Shown here one piece after another: positions 1 to 6,779 of a DNA stretch of 47,602 bases. Numbering within the stretch: the stretch's first letter is position 1; every line of letters begins with the position of its first letter. The notes below the pieces were generated by a model. The model ran no database searches and was not told the origin of the DNA. It saw only the letters and a list, made by a program, of their open reading frames with translations. The DNA comes from a virus (Duplodnaviria; Caudoviricetes), in the IMG/VR virus record IMGVR_UViG_3300049846_000940, positions 1 to 47,602 of that record; one strand, written 5' to 3'. The translations under genes were made by a program, and so were the position numbers.

Positions 1-2
1 AG

Positions 3-551
3 TTATTTCTCCTCTCGATTAAGTATCTCAACAGCTTCGTTAATGATACTGGCTCTCATAGCGGCGGCGTCAGCGGCAGCGTTAGCGGCGGCGCTAGCGA
101 AGTTAACGGCACGAGCGGCGTTAGCGGCGGCGTAGGCGGCGGCGTTAGCGGCGGCGGCAGCGGCGGCGTAGGCGGCATCAGCGGCGTGAGCGGTGTCAAC
201 GTCAATGTAAGCGACAGCGTAAGTGGCAACGCGAGCAACCCTCCTATTCTCCTCCGTATCGTTCTTAATCACCGCCTTAGCAGCGTTAATAGCATCGCGT
301 GGACGCTTATCGTTCGGGTATCTCGATTCATACTCGCCAAGTACTTGCTCGGCGGAGAATACCGCGATCTCAATACACTGTTTTCTAGTCATGAGTCGCG
401 TGAATAACCACCGGCACCAGCTAGGATTCTCCGCATCAACAACGCGAAGCAATTCCTTCAGGTCCGTAATATGCGAAGCGTTCTTGCTATACCAATTCCA
501 CCCATCATCGCAGGGTTTAAGAGCTTCAATTACTGAAGGAGAAATAAGCAT
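3..551 (-). CDS. Ala-rich repeat phage protein with an Imm-5-like helical core
   Basis: ORF 3..659; ATG at 551 preceded by AAGG is the likelier start. Segment VFSAEQVLGEYESRYPNDKRPRDAINAAK is followed by AA(Y/N/D)AA repeats, a pattern common in uncharacterised phage proteins. Confidence 0.6.
   Translation of the reverse strand: MLISPSVIEALKPCDDGWNWYSKNASHITDLKELLRVVDAENPSWCRWLFTRLMTRKQCIEIAVFSAEQVLGEYESRYPNDKRPRDAINAAKAVIKNDTEENRRVARVATYAVAYIDVDTAHAADAAYAAAAAAANAAAYAAANAARAVNFASAAANAAADAAAMRASIINEAVEILNREEK
61..240 (-). repeat. Low-complexity GCC/GCT codon repeats (poly-Ala with Y/N/D spacers)
   Basis: gcggcggcgtaggcggc and gcggcgttagcggcggc units recur inside the CDS. Confidence 0.8.
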
Positions 552-655
552 AAAAACCTTTGAGGCTTGTGTGGTGGCTACAGATAAGCCGAACCACAGC
601 CGGAGCGGTTGCGCAGCAGAGTGAGGCGTATGGGCGTAGCCCAAGGCGGCGGTTG

Positions 656-916
656 TCATGGAACCCCCAGCACGCGCGCTGCGATGGCCTCGAATTCGTC
701 GGAGTCGAGGCGCTTCGCATCTTCGAGCGTGCGCTGCCGGAGGACTGCAACACCCTGCTCGAAGCCGCGCTCAAGCAGGTCGCGGGCAATGGACCGCATT
801 TTTCGGTCATGCTCGTCACATCCGGGCCATTGTTCTGAGGCGGCTTCGCGCGCCCAAGTCTTGTAGTCCATTTTCACTTCTCCCTTAATTTCCAGCCGCG
901 TCGGGCTGTCCGTCAT
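656..916 (-). CDS. Hypothetical protein, GC-rich
   Basis: ATGA overlap with the upstream gene; alternative ATG at 871 with GGGAG RBS. Confidence 0.6.
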   Translation of the reverse strand: MTDSPTRLEIKGEVKMDYKTWAREAASEQWPGCDEHDRKMRSIARDLLERGFEQGVAVLRQRTLEDAKRLDSDEFEAIAARVLGVP

Positions 917-1164
917 GTGTTATTAACGAGCACTAACGCATCAGAAATAATTTGACGCTCATCCTTTTCATAAACGTTCATTTCTTCAATTAGATCATAC
1001 TCAGAAATAGAACTTGGATTACTAAAGAGTTTTCCATTTGTATCCCAACTTTTTACATCCATCTCCCCAAGAATCACACCTTCCCAAGGATACTCTGCGG
1101 TAGAATTGTGATAAAATACAAAGGCTAGTTTTTTACTGCGAGTGAGATATAAACCGCATTGCAT
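913..1164 (-). CDS. Hypothetical phage protein
   Basis: ATG at 1164 with AAGGA RBS; YxTR...WDTNGK...YDLIE pattern; stop overlaps next start. Confidence 0.7.
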   Translation of the reverse strand: MQCGLYLTRSKKLAFVFYHNSTAEYPWEGVILGEMDVKSWDTNGKLFSNPSSISEYDLIEEMNVYEKDERQIISDALVLVNNT

Positions 1165-1179
1165 AGTTGTGTCCTTTTT

Positions 1180-1190
1180 TAACAAGTATT
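1180..1190 (+). promoter_or_regulatory. Orphan copy of the putative late-promoter motif TAACAAGTATT
   Basis: Identical to the copies before the scaffold (23187) and capsid (24204) genes. Confidence 0.55.
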
Positions 1191-1204
1191 CTTGACTCTT
1201 CGGA

Positions 1205-1318
1205 ACCGGTATGGTACCGTACCGGTTAGGTACCGTATCGGTAAGGTACCGTACCGGATAAGACTATCCCTTACCGATATAAAGATACCTTACCGGTAAG
1301 GTACCGTACCGGATAAGA
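1205..1318. repeat. Iteron-like palindromic repeat array (candidate replication origin)
   Basis: GGTACCGTA(C/T)CGG at 1213, 1229, 1245 (16-bp period) and 1300; 25-bp direct repeat 1239-1263 = 1294-1318; perfect 18-bp palindrome TACCTTACCGGTAAGGTA at 1286-1303; non-coding. Repeats are certain, origin role is inferred. Confidence 0.75.
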
Positions 1319-1462
1319 ACGGTGTTAGAAATCGGGCGCTAATCAGAGTGAACTATCCAAAGAGCTTGGATGTGTAGTAGTGTTAGTGTAGTTGGTAGTG
1401 ATAACGGTAGTTTTGACTAAGCTTGACCAATTTGAGAAAGGTAAACACGTCGTAACAACATC

Positions 1463-1690
1463 TCAACTCATCGGAAAAGCTAAATTAACCTTCCTCGCCC
1501 GGCGTTCACGATTCTTCTCAATCAGTTCGCGCTCTAATTTATGCGTAATATAGAGCCTAAAGTACTTCCCCTTAGCTCCACACCCAGTAATAATCCTTTC
1601 TTGTGCCAAATAAATAAAATCCGCCAGATTAGGACTATCAGCACACATAAAGCGTGTGTATGCATCTCGAATAAGCTGTCTCTTATTCAT
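1463..1690 (-). CDS. Hypothetical basic protein
   Basis: ATG with GGAGG RBS, 75 aa. Confidence 0.7.
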   Translation of the reverse strand: MNKRQLIRDAYTRFMCADSPNLADFIYLAQERIITGCGAKGKYFRLYITHKLERELIEKNRERRARKVNLAFPMS

Positions 1691-1775
1691 ACCACCTCCA
1701 AAAAGTGAAGCTTTCGTATAGAGTTGCCTGTGAGTGAGTATTCTATACCGGCAGCTTCTAGCCGAGTGTTCCGTG

Positions 1776-1925
1776 TTAAAGCTTAGAAATCACACGACAA
1801 GACACAAAGATCTTCTTAGGATCAAGCAACCACAGATTAAGTGGCGCTAGTTCTACTCCCTTAAGATCCATAAACATCCAATCTAGCTTGTAATCCTTAC
1901 GGAAATATACTTTAGTTCGAAGCAT
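1776..1925 (-). CDS. Hypothetical protein (MLRTKVYF...)
   Basis: Within track ORF 1776..2069; ATG at 1925 has a GGAGG RBS. Confidence 0.55.
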   Translation of the reverse strand: MLRTKVYFRKDYKLDWMFMDLKGVELAPLNLWLLDPKKIFVSCRVISKL

Positions 1926-2035
1926 ACAACCTCCAAATCCCAAGGCATCAGGAGATAACTTAGGAGTAATATAAACGCTACTCCTGTAATAATTATGCCT
2001 AGATACCACAGAGTCTCTAGAATTTCCTCCATCAT
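1883..2035 (-). CDS. Small single-pass membrane protein (MMEEILETLWYLGIIITGVAFILLLSYLLMPW...)
   Basis: 50-aa ORF not in the track; ATGA-coupled to the upstream stop; ~20-aa hydrophobic stretch. Confidence 0.5.
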   Translation of the reverse strand: MMEEILETLWYLGIIITGVAFILLLSYLLMPWDLEVVCFELKYISVRITS

Positions 2036-2205
2036 GACGCTTGCAGTCCGTAAAGCCTCTCGGTTTCATATGACAGGCACACTTGCAGATTATACAGATC
2101 AGCCATAAGATTTGAATATCGAATCATATCGCCTTCTTGAAAAGCTTCCTTAGCTCTAGCTCTGACAGCAGAAATAGCTCTTGTGATCATTTCGATTTGT
2201 TCCAT
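2032..2205 (-). CDS. Hypothetical helical protein
   Basis: ATG at 2205 with GGAGG RBS. Confidence 0.65.
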   Translation of the reverse strand: MEQIEMITRAISAVRARAKEAFQEGDMIRYSNLMADLYNLQVCLSYETERLYGLQAS

Positions 2206-2400
2206 ACGTTCCTCCAAGGGTTAAGTTAGGGTTTTTATACGCGTTGTCCGTTGTAGGAGGTATGATCCATACCAATAAACGCATAATAGATTACCCTCAA
2301 CTAGGGGGCTTTTGAAATCTAAGCGCGATTCATTTTCGATCAGAATTTGCGCTAACCAGAGAAAAGTGTGTAATTACGCAGACTAAAAAGCTGCGGTAGC

Positions 2401-2473
2401 GGGCATAAGCAAAAAAAAAGATGCTAATGCCTGGGGCTCGGGTAACACAGGTCATCCATGACCCATGTTAACC
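2401..2473 (-). terminator. Two hairpins with a U-run downstream of the GC-rich early gene (possible terminator or processing site)
   Basis: Imperfect inverted repeats at 2441-2473 (ggtcat/atgacc core) and 2402-2430; A9 at 2411-2419 reads as U9 on the minus strand. Confidence 0.35.
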
Positions 2474-2483
2474 TAGTTGTTGA

Positions 2484-2891
2484 TTATCCAGCGTTCTTGA
2501 AGAGTTCGCTGAGAAGCGCGAGCTTTTCAGGGTTAGCAGAAGCAAATAGCTTGCGGAAACCTTCGACCGCAGCCGCTTCCGCCGCGTGCTTAAGGCGCGC
2601 TTCTTCCTTGCGCTTGGCTTCTTCAGCTTCGCGCCGTGCCTTGAGTTCAGCTTTGCGCTCTCCCGCACCCATGACCAAGTCACGGTGAGTCTCATAGAAC
2701 TCGCGGATACCCTCGTTATTCCGCACGATAAGCTCTAGCTGTTCTGGCGTGACCCAGATACGCTGTGAGCCCATCTGGATGCAGAACGTCTTCGCAGGCA
2801 TAACCTGACCATCATCCGCGACCTTGCCGTAGACGCTGATACGGCACTCGTCTTCGAGCTTGTGCTGTTCATTGACCTTATAGCGATTCAT
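2484..2891 (-). CDS. GC-rich early protein with C-terminal charged coiled coil
   Basis: ATG at 2891 with AGGAG RBS; directly downstream of a sigma54-type motif. Confidence 0.75.
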   Translation of the reverse strand: MNRYKVNEQHKLEDECRISVYGKVADDGQVMPAKTFCIQMGSQRIWVTPEQLELIVRNNEGIREFYETHRDLVMGAGERKAELKARREAEEAKRKEEARLKHAAEAAAVEGFRKLFASANPEKLALLSELFKNAG

Positions 2892-2968
2892 GATATACTC
2901 CTGTGTTGCGTGACGCACCATGCGCCGCGCCGTGCGCCGCAGCGAGCGCCGCGGCTGCTGGGAAGCAG

Positions 2969-2984
2969 TGCGAGCGGCGTGCCA
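2969..2984 (-). promoter_or_regulatory. sigma54 (-24/-12) promoter-like site
   Basis: TGGCACG-CCGC-TCGCA versus consensus TGGCACG-N4-TTGC(A/T). Confidence 0.6.
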
Positions 2985-3092
2985 CCGAAAAAAGTCAACG
3001 AAAACAAGCACTTCAAGTAATTTAGTTGTGTCGAACTTTTAGACAACTGTCAAACAAAAATTGTCACTGTTGAAATCATTGAGGTTTTTCAC

Positions 3093-3108
3093 GGCAAGAA
3101 GTGTGCCA
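3093..3108 (-). promoter_or_regulatory. sigma54 (-24/-12) promoter-like site
   Basis: TGGCACA-CTTC-TTGCC with correct GG-N10-GC spacing. Confidence 0.65.
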
Positions 3109-3123
3109 GGCACGGCGCTTGCA
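3108..3123 (+). promoter_or_regulatory. sigma54 (-24/-12) promoter-like site, divergent
   Basis: AGGCACG-GCGC-TTGCA; abuts the minus-strand site. Confidence 0.65.
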
Positions 3124-3176
3124 ACGTGCGCCCGCGGACGTAGCATAGCCCCAGGACTAGACAATAGCCCGAGCTC

Positions 3177-3233
3177 TAGACATAGACATAGGGGTAGCTG
3201 TAGATATAGACGTAGATGTAGACTAGGGGGGGG
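3177..3233 (+). repeat. TAGNNN hexamer array ending in a G8 run
   Basis: TAGACA TAGACA TAGGGG TAGCTG TAGATA TAGACG TAGATG TAGAC TAGGGGGGGG. Confidence 0.8.
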
Positions 3234-3415
3234 TATGACACTCAACATGCGACTCTGAGTCATATAGTCAAAACACACAGAATTACTAATTCACATGTTT
3301 ACCTTTCCATCTATAATGCTACCTCTAATCACACACTACAAAATCCTCTATAACGCTCTAGAATGACCTATAAGCTATTATTTGGATATGTATGCTATCT
3401 ATGGTCTAACAGGGC

Positions 3416-3694
3416 CTATGCGGAGATTGTGGACGATTTTAGAGAGGGTACGATACGAAGCTCCAGGTCATCTGAGTCGATGGAACGAAGTAGATCGTAC
3501 TTAAATGACACTAGAGTACCATATTTGGAGCATTCGATTAGAGCTTCATCTACTAACGCAATGATCATCTCTAATTCAGTATCTGGTGAAAATTTTACCA
3601 AATAGCAACCAGAAGAATTACCTGATGGATCTAATAAATGAGAGTATCTTTGATCAATCTCATCACGTAAAGACTTAATCACAAAATTACCCAC
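3416..3694 (-). CDS. Hypothetical protein
   Basis: 92-aa ORF in the packed minus-strand run. Confidence 0.55.
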   Translation of the reverse strand: MGNFVIKSLRDEIDQRYSHLLDPSGNSSGCYLVKFSPDTELEMIIALVDEALIECSKYGTLVSFKYDLLRSIDSDDLELRIVPSLKSSTISA

Positions 3695-3885
3695 CCCATG
3701 GTCAAAAAGGTTGAATCTCTATCAATTTGAACATTATCTGGTAGTCGATTTTTTAACTCAAGAATTTGGTCAATTTTATTGGAATGAATGCGAAGAGATT
3801 CTGACATACCAGAACGGTAAAAGAATACCTTCAGATCAGGGTCAATTGTATTGCGCGCCAATTGAATAAAGTCGTATGATGTCAT
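3679..3885 (-). CDS. Hypothetical protein
   Basis: 68-aa ATG ORF, co-oriented with neighbours. Confidence 0.55.
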   Translation of the reverse strand: MTSYDFIQLARNTIDPDLKVFFYRSGMSESLRIHSNKIDQILELKNRLPDNVQIDRDSTFLTMGWVIL

Positions 3886-3949
3886 GACTTTCTCAACTGA
3901 TCGTTGACATAACTAGCATCGATTTCATTATGTGGGTGGTAGTCGTTTA

Positions 3950-4195
3950 CTAGTTCATAAAATCGTAGGTCATCTTCTGGAATAAACCATAGGTATTCTG
4001 CCCAGTATCCCTAGTTTCAATACCGTTATGAATAACCTTAGACACTACGTAGGTAAAGTGAAGATAAGGGACCGCATACCCAGCCTCTTTATTGATTTTA
4101 CCATCGTTGTTTAATACCGCTCCTAAGACCATACCGGGAACAATATTGACTAAGATAGGTTCTGAACTGGGAGTATATTTATATTGGATTTTCAT
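3950..4195 (-). CDS. Hypothetical protein
   Basis: 81-aa ORF, ATGA-coupled to the upstream gene. Confidence 0.6.
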   Translation of the reverse strand: MKIQYKYTPSSEPILVNIVPGMVLGAVLNNDGKINKEAGYAVPYLHFTYVVSKVIHNGIETRDTGQNTYGLFQKMTYDFMN

Positions 4196-4365
4196 AAGGA
4201 GGAGCCTACTGGAATGTAATACGTTACAAGCTGCATAATAACCATTTTCTCATTGACGAAGATTACCTCATAGCCCTCTAAAGCCGCCTTATTAAGTCTA
4301 TCTTCTAGATCATGTTCTGTATTACGTACATACAGCACTTCATATGGTTTCACTTCTTTGTCCAT
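4192..4365 (-). CDS. Small DUF4177-like protein (MDKEVKPYEVL...LEDRLNKAALEGYEVI)
   Basis: 57-aa ORF not in the track; AAGGGG RBS; YxV...LN...GYE pattern. Confidence 0.55.
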   Translation of the reverse strand: MDKEVKPYEVLYVRNTEHDLEDRLNKAALEGYEVIFVNEKMVIMQLVTYYIPVGSSL

Positions 4366-4407
4366 TTAATACCCCTTCGTAGTTCTTGGTCTGTAAATAA
4401 TTTAAGC

Positions 4408-4593
4408 TTATTCATATTTTTCAAAAATTAGTACAAGTAGTTGAGGATTATTGTAAGTCATACAATTCAGAATATAGCCTTGTTTTGTATGCCTATCAAG
4501 TACCTCTTGAATAGCGACTGTTTCAATCCAACCCTTTCCATCAGCGTAGAGTTTTACCGCCTTATATGTTGGAACGGTGTTAACTGACATCAT
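4408..4593 (-). CDS. Small DUF4177-like protein
   Basis: YKAV...IQEVLDRHTKQGYIL...LIFEK pattern. Confidence 0.55.
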   Translation of the reverse strand: MMSVNTVPTYKAVKLYADGKGWIETVAIQEVLDRHTKQGYILNCMTYNNPQLLVLIFEKYE

Positions 4594-4834
4594 AATTCAC
4601 CTTCACAGTAACATCAACATCGTCAGAGATATTCGATTCCCTAACACTAAGTACTTTAAACTTTTTTCGCAAAGATTTGAGATGTTTTTTTGGGATAGTA
4701 ATTACATCTTTACCATAACGAACAAAGGCGGTTTTTGGAAGCCTTTTACGTACGACAGACTCGTTTAAAATCCAGAAACGACGCCATAGCTCCTTATACA
4801 AGACTTCGGTCTTAATTTCTTTTAGTTTGTTCAT
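4580..4834 (-). CDS. Hypothetical basic protein
   Basis: ATGA-coupled to the methyltransferase; AGGAG RBS. Confidence 0.65.
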   Translation of the reverse strand: MNKLKEIKTEVLYKELWRRFWILNESVVRKRLPKTAFVRYGKDVITIPKKHLKSLRKKFKVLSVRESNISDDVDVTVKVNYDVS

Positions 4835-5613
4835 ATCTTAACTCCTAATCCTGTTAAAATTAACCACGCTAATTCTTCTTGGAGAGGTACCACTGCATTA
4901 CCTGATCCGTTAATACGTTCACATCTGAAGGCAGTCCCATTAGTTCCGCGTGGAACTGAGGGGACAGAACAATTACTGGGCCAAGATCCGCCGTTAAGGG
5001 CAGATCTAAGCGAGCCTTGACGTAATCTGAATTGCTCCGGGTCCAGGTTACGCAATGATTCGTTAATGATGGTTTCTTTCCAATCCTTTGGGAGGGTGAC
5101 CCCTTCCACCCGTCCGACGCGGCGGGAGTAGGCCACCATAAACCACCTTGATCTGATGTGTGCAGCGCCGACTTCACTTGCGGATAAAACTCCGTCTCTA
5201 ACATCGTAACCAATCGACTCAAACGCATTTCTGATAGTCGGGATATACGGGCGTATGCCGGGCCATACGTTCTCCAAAAAGACAAGGCTACAATCGGTTT
5301 CTTTCGTAAGGCGGATAATTTCCCAGAATAAACTGCTTTGCTGTCCGTCCAGACCTGCTCTATTCCCAGCAAGGCTAATGTCCTGGCAAGGGAATCCTGC
5401 TGAGATAATGTCCACCCTGGGAAGCATGGTAGCTTGCAGTGTTCGCACATCATCCCAGATAGGGGCGGGTTTAAGGCGTCCTCGTTGGATCTCTGACAAG
5501 AGCACACCGATAGAGTAACGGTCTGATTCACAATAGGCAATAGGCCTGCAGAGAGGTAATTTGGTCCTTGCACTACCTCCGTGTCCTGCAAATAGTACCA
5601 GCTCATTTAACAT
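4831..5613 (-). CDS. DNA cytosine-C5 methyltransferase, large subunit (lacks motif IX)
   Basis: Motifs I LFAGHGG, IV AGFPCQDIS, VI ENV, VIII HIRSRWF and X GNAVVP. Confidence 0.93.
   Translation of the reverse strand: MLNELVLFAGHGGSARTKLPLCRPIAYCESDRYSIGVLLSEIQRGRLKPAPIWDDVRTLQATMLPRVDIISAGFPCQDISLAGNRAGLDGQQSSLFWEIIRLTKETDCSLVFLENVWPGIRPYIPTIRNAFESIGYDVRDGVLSASEVGAAHIRSRWFMVAYSRRVGRVEGVTLPKDWKETIINESLRNLDPEQFRLRQGSLRSALNGGSWPSNCSVPSVPRGTNGTAFRCERINGSGNAVVPLQEELAWLILTGLGVKI
4869..5606 (-). CDS. Overprinted second methyltransferase subunit in an alternative frame (M.EcoHK31I beta-like); true start uncertain
   Basis: 245 open codons nested in the MTase; WPTPAASD and motif-IX-like LSPQFHAELMGLP. 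Confidence 0.7.
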   Translation of the reverse strand: MSWYYLQDTEVVQGPNYLSAGLLPIVNQTVTLSVCSCQRSNEDALNPPLSGMMCEHCKLPCFPGWTLSQQDSLARTLALLGIEQVWTDSKAVYSGKLSALRKKPIVALSFWRTYGPAYARISRLSEMRLSRLVTMLETEFYPQVKSALHTSDQGGLWWPTPAASDGWKGSPSQRIGKKPSLTNHCVTWTRSNSDYVKARLDLPLTADLGPVIVLSPQFHAELMGLPSDVNVLTDQVMQWYLSKKN

Positions 5614-5804
5614 TACCAGTCAAAGCTCGCTCGAATAATTCCTCCAAGAGCAATGCAGGCTAGTGTAAACAAACTCACCAGGAGTACCGCAAACATTCCA
5701 TCCGATGCTCGGAATCCTAGTAGGATTGAGAGTGCTCCTATAGAGGTAAATCCTCCTGCGATCAGAGCGATCAATATAAACCCATATAGGAAATCTTTAA
5801 ACAT
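5613..5804 (-). CDS. Two-TM small membrane protein
   Basis: Two hydrophobic helices; AGAGG RBS. Confidence 0.7.
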   Translation of the reverse strand: MFKDFLYGFILIALIAGGFTSIGALSILLGFRASDGMFAVLLVSLFTLACIALGGIIRASFDW

Positions 5805-6027
5805 CGTATTTACCTCTTATAGTAACTAGCTTAGTAGTATTGCCATCTTTTACATTATAGAAGGACACAGCGTCAACCTCACTATAACTAGTCTGTTCGA
5901 CAATGATCTGTGGTCCGCAGGTACATCCAGTGCAGTTACACACATAATCGTTATAGTGTGCTTCTACCTGAACTGGACTATCTTGCGGGAACTCTTCTAG
6001 TAGACTAATTAGCTCTTTTACGGTCAT
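5797..6027 (-). CDS. Hypothetical phage protein (MTVKELI..L family) with Cys cluster
   Basis: MTVKELISLLEEFPQD N-terminus; CNCTGCTC. Confidence 0.7.
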   Translation of the reverse strand: MTVKELISLLEEFPQDSPVQVEAHYNDYVCNCTGCTCGPQIIVEQTSYSEVDAVSFYNVKDGNTTKLVTIRGKYDV

Positions 6028-6322
6028 GTTCTAAAGTGTGCGTAACTGCATAAGTATATAAGTCTTCTAACAGCTCTAGGTCGTTATACTTAATCCTATA
6101 ACGACTGGGAATACGAGGAAGTTCCAACATACACTCATCAGCAGTAACTTTAACCAGAGTTGCTTGGATGAACCTGCCTGTAGATTCACAAGCAGCTTTG
6201 AGTTTAGCCTCTTTGGCTGCCGCTTCCTCTCTAGCGGCAATATCACAGCTATGAATACCAAAAGAGATACCCACAGATAATAAAATACCGATACCTACTT
6301 GAGATAATTGAACTAGAGTCAT
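6005..6322 (-). CDS. Membrane-anchored or lipoprotein-like protein
   Basis: N-terminal hydrophobic helix ending IHSC. Confidence 0.6.
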   Translation of the reverse strand: MTLVQLSQVGIGILLSVGISFGIHSCDIAAREEAAAKEAKLKAACESTGRFIQATLVKVTADECMLELPRIPSRYRIKYNDLELLEDLYTYAVTHTLEHDRKRAN

Positions 6323-6594
6323 TTCTTACATCCTCCATTAACCCAATCTTTAAATAAACTACGTTCGGCCTCAGTCATTCCTGTTAGGTTACCTGGAGGC
6401 ATATCTTTTTTAATAACAACCCTATCCATAAACCTAACACAGTGTTTTTTAGCTGTGTCGTAGTTTGTCCAATCCTTATCTTTCCAAGAGGAACTATGAC
6501 AGGAAGTACAGTGCTTGTCAAGAGTAGGTTTAAGTTGCGTGTGCGTCACTGTTGGTCCTAGAGCGGCCAGTAGTAGAAGAGAAGAGAAAGTCAT
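6319..6594 (-). CDS. Monoheme class I c-type cytochrome with export signal
   Basis: Hydrophobic N-terminus, CTSCH heme motif, distal MPP, C-terminal helix ERSLFKDWVNGG. Confidence 0.85.
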   Translation of the reverse strand: MTFSSLLLLAALGPTVTHTQLKPTLDKHCTSCHSSSWKDKDWTNYDTAKKHCVRFMDRVVIKKDMPPGNLTGMTEAERSLFKDWVNGGCKK

Positions 6595-6779
6595 AGAGTA
6601 GCCGCAATCCCATCTTTATCCGTGCGTCTGCGATTAGCCGTATCGTATCCACACATAATCGCATTAGCAAACCAAGAGACAAGAAGATCTTCGTCGATCT
6701 CCTCTAGTCGATCACCGTGTTTGTCCATAAAAGTTTGTGCCCAACGTTTAGCATCCATGTCTTCGTGTAGCGGTGTCAT
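6591..6779 (-). CDS. Hypothetical phage protein
   Basis: DAKRWAQTF...WFANAIMCG; coupled to neighbours. Confidence 0.7.
   Translation of the reverse strand: MTPLHEDMDAKRWAQTFMDKHGDRLEEIDEDLLVSWFANAIMCGYDTANRRRTDKDGIAATL

Noticed and set aside
61-240. NAC-codon variation suggesting a diversity-generating retroelement target
   Set aside because: No template repeat or reverse transcriptase in the window; simple repeat slippage explains it.
1239-1318. Two 25-bp direct repeats with a 30-bp spacer, resembling a mini CRISPR array
   Set aside because: The spacer is itself built from repeat-derived sequence (ccttacc units), there are only two copies and no cas genes; better read as an iteron/palindrome array.
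2892-3278. ORFs 3039..3278 (-), 3061..3258 (+) and the N-terminal extension of 2484..3011
   Set aside because: They translate promoter and repeat DNA into low-complexity peptides; the ATG at 2891 has the clear RBS.
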